From NCBI RefSeq assembly GCF_900009145.1, contig NZ_LN889801.1:278154-331620 (forward strand): a stretch of DNA of 53,467 nucleotides, in the 5' to 3' direction. Both the position numbers and the translations under genes were made by a program. Of the stretch, positions 38,568 through 48,287 are shown in pieces. Numbering within the stretch: the stretch's first letter is position 1; each line of letters starts with the position of its first letter. The DNA is from Planktothrix tepida PCC 9214. Lineage in GTDB: Bacteria; Cyanobacteriota; Cyanobacteriia; Cyanobacteriales; Microcoleaceae. The notes beneath the pieces were generated by a model that was not told the origin of the DNA, ran no database searches, and saw nothing but the letters and a program-made list of their open reading frames with translations.

Positions 38568-40022
38568 TTAGACGTTAAAACTGAATCCCAGAACAAATAA
38601 TATGCCTAATAGCGTTACACTGAAAATGAACAAACGTTGGTTTGTGCGTTGGTTTTGATGCCAAATTTCTTGATAACTGAGTTGATAATCTTGAATCATC
38701 AAAAATGCAGGAGGGCTGAAAAAGAAAGGCAAAAACCGATTCAGAAGCAGTCCGATTAAAAAGTTGATATCCCATAACTTTCGACGGAACCAATTTTGGT
38801 TATATTGCCAAGGAAATGTTGTTTGAGCTAAATGAATTAACGCTTCAATATCTCCAGAACGTCGAGCTTCATATAGGGGTAAAGCCAATAACAGATCATC
38901 CTGGGTTTCTTCGAGAACTTGCTGTAAAATATAAACATCTTCTAACGCTGAGTTGACCCCTTGACCAATATCGGGGGGAAAACAATGGACTGCATCTCCT
39001 AATAAGAGGATGGCAGAGAAAGTTTGATCAGATTTCAATAAAAAGTGTAATCCCGAACAAAATTGAGGAACAGGAAAAACACCGCCTTGACTGTTGACAA
39101 ATCGTGTAATTTCAGACTCAGAAATAATATCACGAATGGATAATTGAGGGAAAGATTGTTCTAAAAAGCGATATAATTCTTCATTCGTTTTTAAAGTCCA
39201 AATTTTATGATTAGGATAAGTAATAATATTAGCGGTTCGAGGTTCATCGGGATTTTTCATGGGTAATAAACCCAAAGAAATTTTCTTCTGACCTTCTACG
39301 GTTTTACCCCGAATTGCATAAGCCATGGTACAAACAGATTGATCATCTAGTTGGTTTGAAAGCGGAAATTGAGGCGGTAAGGTTAATACTTGATAGCGCA
39401 GTCCTGAACTAGCGGAGGGAAAATACTGCATTTCAAAGCGATGATGATCAGGTTTTTCCCAGTCGTTTAGGGTTTGACGAACAATAGAATTTAAACCATC
39501 ACAACCAACTACAAAACCAGGTGTAAAACTCATTAATTCACTATTTTTTGATTCAACAATTACCTGCAATTGTTCCTGTTTTTGCTTTAATTCAATACAT
39601 TTTGCTTCAAATAAAACGGTGATTTGCTGTTGCCAATTGCGTTCAATTTCTTCATAAAGTAGAGAAACAAAGGTTCTTCGAGGCAACCAATAAGCTGTTT
39701 TTCGATTAGGATTAATAAAGGGTAATTTTATCGTTTTTCGCTTTCCATTGGGTTGAATTAACGTTAAGTAAAATTCTTGGCTGGAAACACTTATTTCTGC
39801 TAAATTTGGAGTTAATCCCAGCCAATCTAATAATTTTTGACCTCGACCATCAATTTGATAGTTAAACGCTTTATCGGGTTCGTAATAGTCAGCCGTTTTT
39901 CGTTTTTCTAAAACAGTAATTTCTGTCCAGCCCCGTTTTGCTAACATTAAAGCGATCGCCAATCCCGATGGGCCGCCCCCAACAATTACAACATTTCGAC
40001 ATCCAGATTTATCAGTTAACAT
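38568..40022 (-). CDS. FAD-dependent aromatic-ring monooxygenase, kynurenine 3-monooxygenase-like, with a C-terminal membrane anchor
   Basis: 484 aa. The Rossmann motif VVIVGGGPSGLAIALMLAKRG and the FAD/NAD motifs GCDGLNSIVR and LLLGDAVHCFPPDIGQGVNSALEDV are present. Human KMO has [25 protein letters not shown] (recalled from memory). A hydrophobic C-terminal tail is present, as in KMO. Confidence 0.65.
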   Translation of the reverse strand: MLTDKSGCRNVVIVGGGPSGLAIALMLAKRGWTEITVLEKRKTADYYEPDKAFNYQIDGRGQKLLDWLGLTPNLAEISVSSQEFYLTLIQPNGKRKTIKLPFINPNRKTAYWLPRRTFVSLLYEEIERNWQQQITVLFEAKCIELKQKQEQLQVIVESKNSELMSFTPGFVVGCDGLNSIVRQTLNDWEKPDHHRFEMQYFPSASSGLRYQVLTLPPQFPLSNQLDDQSVCTMAYAIRGKTVEGQKKISLGLLPMKNPDEPRTANIITYPNHKIWTLKTNEELYRFLEQSFPQLSIRDIISESEITRFVNSQGGVFPVPQFCSGLHFLLKSDQTFSAILLLGDAVHCFPPDIGQGVNSALEDVYILQQVLEETQDDLLLALPLYEARRSGDIEALIHLAQTTFPWQYNQNWFRRKLWDINFLIGLLLNRFLPFFFSPPAFLMIQDYQLSYQEIWHQNQRTNQRLFIFSVTLLGILFVLGFSFNV

Positions 40023-40060
40023 CGGTAGAACTTGAATTCAATTGTGTTTATAATCATCTA

Positions 40061-41128
40061 TTATCGTTGCAGACTCCGAGGATCAAGGGCATCTCTTAAC
40101 CCATCTCCTAATAAATTAAAAGCTAATACCGTTAAAATAATTAAAATTGCAGGAGGCCAAATTAACCAAGGTTGTAACACTAAAATTGAAGCGTTTGTTG
40201 CCGAAGACAGTAAATTTCCCCAAGAGGGATCGGGTTGTTGAATTCCTAAGCCAATCAAACTTAAAACCGATTCTGCAATAATAAAACCGGGAATTGATAA
40301 TGTTGCTGAAATAATCAGATAGGTTGCAGTTTGGGGTAGAACATGACGAGCAATAATATATAAAGAATTAGCTCCAATAGCCCGTGAAGCTTGAACAAAT
40401 TGTTGTTCTTTAATAGATAAAACTTGTCCTCGAATCACTCGTGCTAACCCAGCCCAACTAATAAAAGAAATAATCACCACAATCAATAGAAAACGCTGGC
40501 TACTGGTTATTTGTGGGGGTAATACGGCGGCTAAGGCTACTAATAAATATAATCCTGGAATCGTCATTAATACTTCAACAATTCGCATGGTAAAAGTATC
40601 TAGCCATCCGCCAAAATAACCGGAAATTCCGCCAATAATCATTCCTAACGGGAACGAAATTAGAATTCCAACTAATCCTATACTGAGACTAATTCGACCT
40701 CCAAAAACAATCCGACTAAATTGATCTCTGGCTTGTTCATCGGTTCCCAGTAGGTTAATTTGTCCAGCCCCGACTGTTCCAAATAAATGACGATCAAATG
40801 GGATAATTCCTAATATTTTATAGGGTTCTCCCTGAACGAAAAATCGGACAGGACTGGGTTGACTTTTATCAACATTAAGTTGACGAATTCCCGTTTCAAT
40901 ATCCACCGGGCCTTGAGTTGTAGGGTAAACATGGGGGCCAATCCATTGCCCTTTTTGGTTATACCAATAAATTTGAGTCGGTGGCAATAATGAAGCGTTC
41001 AGTTGCGACTGATAAGGACTATAAGGCGCAACAAAATCTGCTGCAATGACGATCAGATAAAATAATAATAAAATTCCGGCTCCAAATTGAGCTAAAGGAT
41101 TCGTTTTAAGTCGTTGCCACCATTTCAT
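40061..41128 (-). CDS. ABC transporter permease, DppC/OppC-like with an extended N-terminal periplasmic region
   Basis: 355 aa. The EAA-loop region reads VQASRAIGANSLYIIARHVLPQ. It has 6 TM helices. The N-terminal roughly 110 aa resemble the OppC N-terminal extension. Confidence 0.8.
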   Translation of the reverse strand: MKWWQRLKTNPLAQFGAGILLLFYLIVIAADFVAPYSPYQSQLNASLLPPTQIYWYNQKGQWIGPHVYPTTQGPVDIETGIRQLNVDKSQPSPVRFFVQGEPYKILGIIPFDRHLFGTVGAGQINLLGTDEQARDQFSRIVFGGRISLSIGLVGILISFPLGMIIGGISGYFGGWLDTFTMRIVEVLMTIPGLYLLVALAAVLPPQITSSQRFLLIVVIISFISWAGLARVIRGQVLSIKEQQFVQASRAIGANSLYIIARHVLPQTATYLIISATLSIPGFIIAESVLSLIGLGIQQPDPSWGNLLSSATNASILVLQPWLIWPPAILIILTVLAFNLLGDGLRDALDPRSLQR

Positions 41129-41194
41129 AGTTCAGATTTTTCACTCAAAGAATTGTTGAAAAACTTGTAGAGTTGTGTCTCTATTTTTTTTATT

Positions 41195-42337
41195 TTACAC
41201 CTTTAAGCGTTCCTGTTCGGCTAGAGATAAAGTTTCCGTTGGTGTTAAGTCACTTTTTGAATCTAAAGGATTATAAAAAAAGGAACCAGTTTGAGGGGGT
41301 AAAGTGGGATCAACAACCACTTCAATAATACTTTTAATCACCCCTGCCATGGGAATTGCCAGAATAAATCCTAATAATCCTCCTATTTTTCCTCCTAATA
41401 ATAAAGCACTAAAAATAATCACAGGGCTTAATCCGGTTAAATCTCCCATAATTCGAGGAGCAACAATATTATCCTTAACTTGTTGAATGGCAACGGCAAC
41501 GGCTAACACTTGTAAAGCCAGCCACCAATCAATAAAAGCCACAATAATCGTAACAGTTCCAATCCCTAATGTGGCTCCCACAAAGGGGATAATTTCCAAT
41601 AATCCAATCACAACAGCAAATAATAGGAAATAGGGAACTTTTAACATTAAAAAGGCAACGGTTAAGGTGACAGCCATAAAAATTCCCTGCAAGGTTTGTC
41701 CTAAGACAAATTTTTTCAAATTCCGTTCTAGTGAAAAGGTTAAAACCTCGCGAATTTGGGGGGATAAAATAGTGATTAGGAGGTTCCATAACCGTTCCCC
41801 ATCTAATAACATATAAAAGGCAATGACCAAAATAAAAATTAAGTCAAAAAACCAATTAAAGGTTCCTAGCACTAAACCTAAACTTCCGGTGAGAATCGGT
41901 TCAATGGTTCCTTGAATTCGAGACAAAAGTTGCTGTTGTAAAATTCCGACATCAAAGGGTAAATTTCGGTCAGCACTCCAAACTTGAAATTCCGCTAACT
42001 GTTGCCGTCCTGATTCTATTAATTCGGGTAATCGAGTAATTAATTGTCGTCCTTGATTAAAGACAGGTGGGACAAGAGTTAAGGCAATAATTACAAAGGT
42101 TACAATCGCAATTAAATACACTAAAGCGGCGGCAATTCCTCGCGGAATAAAGCGTTCTAATTTTGCCACAGCGTAGTTCAGAAGAAAGGCAATTAATCCA
42201 GAGGTAACTAATATACTGATTAATTCGCCAACATAACCTAAAAATTGAAAGCTTAACCAACTCACGACTAAAATCAGTAAACCCGTGAGTAAACGACTTT
42301 GTAAAGGCGAAAAAACAGAATTCGTCATGGAACTCAT
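41195..42337 (-). CDS. AI-2E family transporter (PerM/YdiK/TqsA-like, UPF0118)
   Basis: 380 aa with about 8 TM helices. The overall topology and a conserved C-terminal ...LGGLLGFILAIPMAGVIK... region match this family. Confidence 0.55.
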   Translation of the reverse strand: MSSMTNSVFSPLQSRLLTGLLILVVSWLSFQFLGYVGELISILVTSGLIAFLLNYAVAKLERFIPRGIAAALVYLIAIVTFVIIALTLVPPVFNQGRQLITRLPELIESGRQQLAEFQVWSADRNLPFDVGILQQQLLSRIQGTIEPILTGSLGLVLGTFNWFFDLIFILVIAFYMLLDGERLWNLLITILSPQIREVLTFSLERNLKKFVLGQTLQGIFMAVTLTVAFLMLKVPYFLLFAVVIGLLEIIPFVGATLGIGTVTIIVAFIDWWLALQVLAVAVAIQQVKDNIVAPRIMGDLTGLSPVIIFSALLLGGKIGGLLGFILAIPMAGVIKSIIEVVVDPTLPPQTGSFFYNPLDSKSDLTPTETLSLAEQERLKV

Positions 42338-42427
42338 AGAAAATTTAAAATATAAAGTAGTTTACCCTATTTTGGGATAGATGACCTGATGGAACATTAA
42401 AATTTTATCCTTCAACGATTAAACAGA

Positions 42428-43282
42428 TTAAACCATGACGACCTCCTTGATGGTTTCCTCATGTTCAACCAGGAAGACATTGGCGTGCAGGTTAGCAATA
42501 ATTTGTTGGCCTTGCTGAGTTAAAGATAAGTACCGTAGACTATCTTTAATATAGGGATACACTTTATGCCAATAAAATTGAGGGTAATTTCTTCGCAACT
42601 CTCCGGCATTATGATAGCCTGCTTTTTGATTAAATCCTGTTTCTTCAAACTCATAAAATAAGGCACTAATTTTTTGAAGATATCGAGGATCACTCAATTG
42701 ACCAATTAAATCCGCCGCCCGCACTAAACCGGGATAATGTATTGTATCTTGATGATCGGATTTTTGAGGAACCGGAAATCGTGTCAGTTCAATATTAGAT
42801 TGAATCACATCTGACTTAATTAAAGGATGTCCCCCAAATCGTTCTCGAATAAACAATTTAGCTCGATCAACATGATAAGGCATTAAACTCGCATCTGTAC
42901 ATCCAAAGGGCAAAAGTACCCTGTTTTCATCACATCCTGTAGCATAATATCCCTCTCGATCTTGGCGACAAACCCCTTTAACATAACCAATATCATGACA
43001 AACTAGAGAGAGCATAAAATGTAGCCAATCTTCGCTAGAAACCCCACCTTCGCGGATATGTTTTCCGCGTAAAATTTCTTGACCGACTAATGTAACGATA
43101 ATTGTATGTTCAACATCATGATAGAGGGCATCGCTATTGGCAATATTTTCTAAAGCCATCCCTCCAGCCCAAGCGACAATATCCCCATAATGGGCATTAA
43201 ATCCCCCATAGGTATGATGATATCCTGAGCGAAGTTGTTCAACAAAGTTATCAATTAAAAGTTGAGTTGCATTGAAAAACAT
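42428..43282 (-). CDS. HD-domain metal-dependent phosphohydrolase
   Basis: 284 aa. H...HDVEH and a later CHDIGY supply the HD-superfamily His/Asp ligand pattern. Confidence 0.5.
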   Translation of the reverse strand: MFFNATQLLIDNFVEQLRSGYHHTYGGFNAHYGDIVAWAGGMALENIANSDALYHDVEHTIIVTLVGQEILRGKHIREGGVSSEDWLHFMLSLVCHDIGYVKGVCRQDREGYYATGCDENRVLLPFGCTDASLMPYHVDRAKLFIRERFGGHPLIKSDVIQSNIELTRFPVPQKSDHQDTIHYPGLVRAADLIGQLSDPRYLQKISALFYEFEETGFNQKAGYHNAGELRRNYPQFYWHKVYPYIKDSLRYLSLTQQGQQIIANLHANVFLVEHEETIKEVVMV

Positions 43283-43480
43283 AGGACATTTCCTGGCACA
43301 AATCGAGGTTTTGAGTTACAGAGAAAGCAGTGGTCAGCTTTTTCTTCCCTTGTTCATTTTTCTAGCATAGTTTATCGGAATCTGCCATTTTTCTTAAGAA
43401 TGTCAATTTTGCCTGATCCTTGGTAGAATTTCTCTAATTGTAAATTAAAGTTGATTTTTAATTGAATTGTAAATAAAGGC

Positions 43481-44800
43481 GTGAAAGAACAACCCATGAA
43501 TTCTCAGAAGGTGCTAACTCAACTTTTTGCTAAATTACAAGATTTTTTAACTAAAATTGCCAAGATTTGTCAATCTAATGGGATTATTTTTGCCTTAACA
43601 ATGGGGGTACTGAGTCGCAGTATTATTCTGTTGACGTTTTTTGCAATTGCTTTCTTTTCTCCTGTTTCTTCTCAGTGGGGTTGGGAGGTTTTTTCAGCTT
43701 GGGATAGTCCCCTCTACCAAATTATTGCCACCTCTGGATATGAAGTCATTAATCAGACCGAACCGGGCGGAAATGTGGCATTTTTTCCATTATTTCCGTT
43801 ATTAATTCGAGGATTAATGAATTTAGGTTTACCCTTTGAAGTAGCAGGCGTTTTAATTAATAATTTGGCTTTTTTTGGAGCTTTAATTTTACTCTATCAA
43901 TGGGTGGAAATAACCAATAATTCTCAAGCTGCCCGTTGGGCAACAGCTATATTAGCTTGGTGTCCTTTATCGATTTTTGGCACTGTTATTTATACGGAAG
44001 GTTTATTTTTATTTTTGAGTATTGCTGCTTTAAAAGCTTTTGATTTAGAAAAGTATCCTCAAGTAATTTTGTGGGGGAGTTTAGCCACGGCAACGCGCAT
44101 TACTGGAATCGCTTTAATTCCAGCTTTTCTAATTACAGCTTGGCAAAAACGAAAACCTGCGATCGCTTATTTATCCGGTTTATTAAGTGGCTGTGGTTTA
44201 TTATTCTATAGTCTCTATTGTTGGATAAAATTTAATAATCCCATTGCCTTTATTACCGTTCAACACACCCAATGGCAACGCCAAACCGGATTTGATAGTC
44301 AAGGCTGGTTGAAAATGATCATGCAAATTTTAATCGGTTCTCAAAATTGGAAAAAAGGTACAATTGTTGATCCTTGGCATCCTTTCCTGGTTATAATTCT
44401 TGCTATCATAGGTTATCTACTTTGGCGATATCGTGATCAATTAGGAGAGGTAAAATTTGACTATAGTTTCTGTTTTTTACTGTTTATTTTATGGTTAATT
44501 GCAGGTGATCCCTTACTCAATACATCGATTATTTTAGGGAGTGGTTATTTACTGTGGTATTTACGTTATGAACTCAGTTTAGTTGCAGTAAATTATGGCT
44601 TCTGTGCGTTAGGTTTATTGTTAGCGTCTGGCGGTACAATTTCCCTCAGTCGTTTAGCGTATGGGATTGTTTCTGTTAGTTTAGCTTTAGGGGTAATGCT
44701 ATCTCATCATCGTCGTTGGGGTTATGTGACCTTGGGATTTTTCACCCTGTTACTGATTAGTTTTTCAGTTCGCTTTGCTCAACATCTTTGGGTAGCTTAA
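43481..44800 (+). CDS. Polytopic membrane protein, glycosyltransferase-like (GT-C/PMT-like topology). Function is unassigned.
   Basis: 439 aa with more than 10 predicted TM helices and short loops. It sits next to a polysaccharide deacetylase and a second polytopic membrane protein. Confidence 0.4.
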   Translation: MKEQPMNSQKVLTQLFAKLQDFLTKIAKICQSNGIIFALTMGVLSRSIILLTFFAIAFFSPVSSQWGWEVFSAWDSPLYQIIATSGYEVINQTEPGGNVAFFPLFPLLIRGLMNLGLPFEVAGVLINNLAFFGALILLYQWVEITNNSQAARWATAILAWCPLSIFGTVIYTEGLFLFLSIAALKAFDLEKYPQVILWGSLATATRITGIALIPAFLITAWQKRKPAIAYLSGLLSGCGLLFYSLYCWIKFNNPIAFITVQHTQWQRQTGFDSQGWLKMIMQILIGSQNWKKGTIVDPWHPFLVIILAIIGYLLWRYRDQLGEVKFDYSFCFLLFILWLIAGDPLLNTSIILGSGYLLWYLRYELSLVAVNYGFCALGLLLASGGTISLSRLAYGIVSVSLALGVMLSHHRRWGYVTLGFFTLLLISFSVRFAQHLWVA

Positions 44801-44838
44801 GGGTTTATAGTATGAAAAAATAATGATATAATATCAAT

Positions 44839-45606
44839 TTGAGCAAATTACAATGGAAAAAGATGATCAGCACCCAAAATCAACAAAAAAGTCCATTTCT
44901 TGTCCGTTTATTCCTAACGTCTACATTATTAACTTTAACATCAGCCCTTAATATTATTCCTCCCGTCCTCGCACAACGAGAAATAGATTTTGCTACCCAA
45001 GGTTGTCGCGGTGTTCCCCAGGAAGCATATTTTATGACAGAGAATTATCACATTAATATTTGTCAAGGACAATCGGGTTTATTCATGGCGGTAAGTTATC
45101 GTAATGGACAACTATTTGATCGGTTTTCTGTACAACAACAGCGAGAGGGTTATGCAGGAAATTCTCAAAAAGCATCCTATCAAGTGAACTCCAGAACCTT
45201 CACAATTCAACCGAATAATAATCAAAGACCAATTACAGAACGGGTACTGAGAACCCAAGGAAATCAAAGACCCCAAGAATCAAAAGTAACTGGAACAATT
45301 ACTTACCGTCAACGCATTGCATTACCTCCGAATTCAACTGTTGTTGTTACATTACAAGATACAACCAGTCCAAATCGTGCACCTCGAAATATTACTCAAC
45401 AAACTATTCCATTACGGGGTCAACAGGTTCCGGTTCCCTTTTCTTTGATTTATAATCCCGCCCAAATTCAACAGAATGGGATTTATAGAATTCGGGCAGA
45501 AATTTATGTTGATGGTCGATTAACTTGGGCAAATATGGGTCAAGATCGGGTGATTACGGGGGGAAATCCGAATAATATAGAAGTCATTGTACAACAGCTT
45601 AATTAG
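44839..45606 (+). CDS. Secreted protein with a YbaY-like C-terminal domain
   Basis: 255 aa with a signal peptide. The C-terminal block VTGTITYRQRIALPPNSTVVVTLQDTTSPNRAPRNITQQTIPLRGQQVPVPFSLIYNPAQIQQNGIYRIRAEIYVDGRLTW resembles the YbaY lipoprotein family pattern as recalled. Confidence 0.4.
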   Translation: MSKLQWKKMISTQNQQKSPFLVRLFLTSTLLTLTSALNIIPPVLAQREIDFATQGCRGVPQEAYFMTENYHINICQGQSGLFMAVSYRNGQLFDRFSVQQQREGYAGNSQKASYQVNSRTFTIQPNNNQRPITERVLRTQGNQRPQESKVTGTITYRQRIALPPNSTVVVTLQDTTSPNRAPRNITQQTIPLRGQQVPVPFSLIYNPAQIQQNGIYRIRAEIYVDGRLTWANMGQDRVITGGNPNNIEVIVQQLN

Positions 45607-45621
45607 ATTTTTTAGGGTGTT

Positions 45622-46398
45622 ATGAGGAAGTATATTCTCCTAAATTTTGATGTAGAAGAATTTGATGCTCCCCTGAAATATGGAGAAAAAATAAAACCTT
45701 CTGTCCAGTTTGATATCTCGTTAATGGGATTAAGAAATATTCTGTCTTTACTGGAACATTTAAAGATTCGGGCGACATTTTTTGTAACGGCAAATTTTGC
45801 CTTACACCATCCTGAATTAATTGAAGCGATCGCGAGAACCCATGAAATCGCTTCTCACGGTTTTTATCATTCTAAATTTTCCCCGGAAGATTTGTGGAAA
45901 TCTAAACAAGTGTTAGAAGAAATTTCGGGACAAACGGTTTCTGGGTTCCGTATGGGGGAACAGCAAATTATTAATGAACAAGCGATTTTAGCATCAGGAT
46001 ATCAATACCATTCTTCCTTCAATTCTAATTATTATCAGGGTAAACGTCGCACAGTTCATTATTGTGATCATTTACTCAATCTTCCCATCTCCGTAACACC
46101 CTTTGTCCGCTTTCCCCTCTTCGGGTTAAGTTTCAAAAATCTTCCCTTTCCTTTAATTCAGTTCGCCTCTCAAATTACCCTCGATAGCGATCGCTATCTC
46201 AATCTCAATTTTCATCCTTGGGAATTTACCGATATTTCTAAATTTAAACTTCCCAATTCCGTGAAACGTTTATCAGGAATTCATTTATTAAATCGACTAG
46301 AAAAGTATTTAATTTGGCTGAAAAAACAAGCCGAATTTTCAACGATTTCCGACTGGATCAACCGCATTAAACATCAGAAATATGATATTCTTGGATAA
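45622..46398 (+). CDS. Polysaccharide deacetylase family protein (NodB-homology-like)
   Basis: 258 aa. It begins LLNFDVEEFD (the deacetylase D-x-E/D motif) and has ATFFVTANFA...HEIASHGFYH (His motifs). Confidence 0.55.
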   Translation: MRKYILLNFDVEEFDAPLKYGEKIKPSVQFDISLMGLRNILSLLEHLKIRATFFVTANFALHHPELIEAIARTHEIASHGFYHSKFSPEDLWKSKQVLEEISGQTVSGFRMGEQQIINEQAILASGYQYHSSFNSNYYQGKRRTVHYCDHLLNLPISVTPFVRFPLFGLSFKNLPFPLIQFASQITLDSDRYLNLNFHPWEFTDISKFKLPNSVKRLSGIHLLNRLEKYLIWLKKQAEFSTISDWINRIKHQKYDILG

Positions 46399-47788
46399 AA
46401 ATCCCTTTAAACTTCATCCGGTATTAACCGCAATTTTCATCAGTAGCTTGATTTTATTTGCTTGTAGCAGTTTACGTCATGCTTTATTTCAATCTAATGC
46501 TTATGATTTAGGAATTTTTGATAATGGTATTTATTTAATAAGTCAAGGACAAGAACCCTTTGTCTCTTTTCGAGGATTACATATTTTAGGAGATCATGCT
46601 GCCTATATTCTATATATTATTGCTTTATTTTATAAAGTTTATCCTGATGTTCATTGGTTATTTGCGATTCAAGCTTTTTCCCTTTCCTTGGGTGCATTAC
46701 CGACTTATCAGCTATCGTTACAAGCAGGTTTAAAGGAAACCCAAGCTCAAACCTTAGCTTTTGTGTATTTATTATATCCATTAATTTTTAATGTTAATTT
46801 ATTTGATTTTCACCCTGAAGTAATTGCTTTACCTGCAATTTTATATGCAGTTTTGTTTGCTAGAAGCAATAAGATTTTAGGATTTATTTTCACAATTTTT
46901 ATTATTTTAGGTTGCAAAGAAGTTTTATCTTTATTATTAATCGCAATGGGAGTTTGGTTATTCATCTTTGAGAAAAAAACCCGTTATGCTATTGTCTCAA
47001 TCATTTTAGGACTCTTCTGGTTTTTCCTATCTACAGAATTCATTATCCCCCACTTTTCCCAAGCCCCTCCTATCGCCGTTGGCGTTTATAGTTTCCTCGG
47101 TAATTCTCTCGGAGAAATTACTTTAAATATTATCTTAAAACCGGGATTAGTATTAAGTAAAATTTTCACCTTAGCCAATTTAGAATACTTAATTTTACTT
47201 CTAATTCCCCTAATTTGGGGCCTATGGGGACGACATTTAACCCCCCTAATTTCTGCCACACCAATTTTATTTTTAAATCTGTTAGCTGAAAATCTGCAAA
47301 TGAAGAACTTAACGCAACAATATTCCTTGGCGATTTTACCCTTTCTGATGTTAGCAGTTATTGAGAATTTGGCGCACGGTGAAGGATGGTTTAAACAGAA
47401 AAAATGGATAATTTTATGGTCTTTAATTGCCTTTTTTGCTTTAGCAAAATATGGTTATTTTACCTCTAAATATTTAACAACCCTGGATAATTGGCAAGCA
47501 ACACGGGAAGCCCTCGGCTATATTAAAACGAAGGATAATATCTTAACAACCGATAAAATTGCCCCCCATCTCACCCATCGTCCCCATTTAGAACTCGCTA
47601 TTCAAGGACGAGAAAAACTTGATTTAGAACCCTTTCAATACGTCTTATTAAACCAACGTCACCCCGGATGGCCGAGTTCTCCTGAATTAATCATTGGGTT
47701 AGTAAAACGTTTGCAAAATAACCCTAATTTTCAATTAAAATATTATCGAGATGAGGTTTTGTTGTTTGAAAAATTTTCTAGGGAATAA
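46382..47788 (+). CDS. Polytopic membrane protein (DUF2079-like)
   Basis: 468 aa with about 12 TM helices. The start overlaps the stop of the deacetylase gene, which suggests translational coupling. Confidence 0.45.
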   Translation: MIFLDKNPFKLHPVLTAIFISSLILFACSSLRHALFQSNAYDLGIFDNGIYLISQGQEPFVSFRGLHILGDHAAYILYIIALFYKVYPDVHWLFAIQAFSLSLGALPTYQLSLQAGLKETQAQTLAFVYLLYPLIFNVNLFDFHPEVIALPAILYAVLFARSNKILGFIFTIFIILGCKEVLSLLLIAMGVWLFIFEKKTRYAIVSIILGLFWFFLSTEFIIPHFSQAPPIAVGVYSFLGNSLGEITLNIILKPGLVLSKIFTLANLEYLILLLIPLIWGLWGRHLTPLISATPILFLNLLAENLQMKNLTQQYSLAILPFLMLAVIENLAHGEGWFKQKKWIILWSLIAFFALAKYGYFTSKYLTTLDNWQATREALGYIKTKDNILTTDKIAPHLTHRPHLELAIQGREKLDLEPFQYVLLNQRHPGWPSSPELIIGLVKRLQNNPNFQLKYYRDEVLLFEKFSRE

Positions 47789-48248
47789 ACAAATTGAATA
47801 ACGACCACAGATGGTGGCTTTCAAAAATTAAAGCTACTGCCCAAATTAAAATACTGATGCCAACAGCAGCAGCAGAAATGTCTTTGATAGCGCGAATTCT
47901 CTCATCATACTGTTGTTCCAAAAAATCACATAAACCTTCAATGCTACTATTGAATAATTCAGCGATTAACATTAGGCCTGTAGCTAGAAAAATCAACATT
48001 AGATCCTGCCATTGACTAAAAATCACAGCAATGACTAAGACGACGACAGATACAATGACTTTGTAAGCAACACTAAACTCCGTTGCGATCGCAATATGAA
48101 GACCTGCTAAGATTACTTTTAGCTTGCGAATCGGATGATAACCAGATTGGCGGAACTTGCTAGCCATAAATTTTATCTGTAGCGCCCCTTTAAGGATTTC
48201 ATCTTCAATTTTCGTAGAATTTTCACAGAAAATGTTATCATTAATCAT
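47778..48248 (-). CDS. dgkA: Diacylglycerol kinase (prokaryotic DgkA family)
   Basis: 156 aa with three TM helices. The motif AELFNSSIEGLCD corresponds to the DgkA E-x-x-N-S/T-A-I-E active-site signature. Confidence 0.65.
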   Translation of the reverse strand: MINDNIFCENSTKIEDEILKGALQIKFMASKFRQSGYHPIRKLKVILAGLHIAIATEFSVAYKVIVSVVVLVIAVIFSQWQDLMLIFLATGLMLIAELFNSSIEGLCDFLEQQYDERIRAIKDISAAAVGISILIWAVALIFESHHLWSLFNLFIP

Positions 48249-48287
48249 TAAGGGCGAGTGTTCCCGCCCCTATATTCTCGCTTCTAA

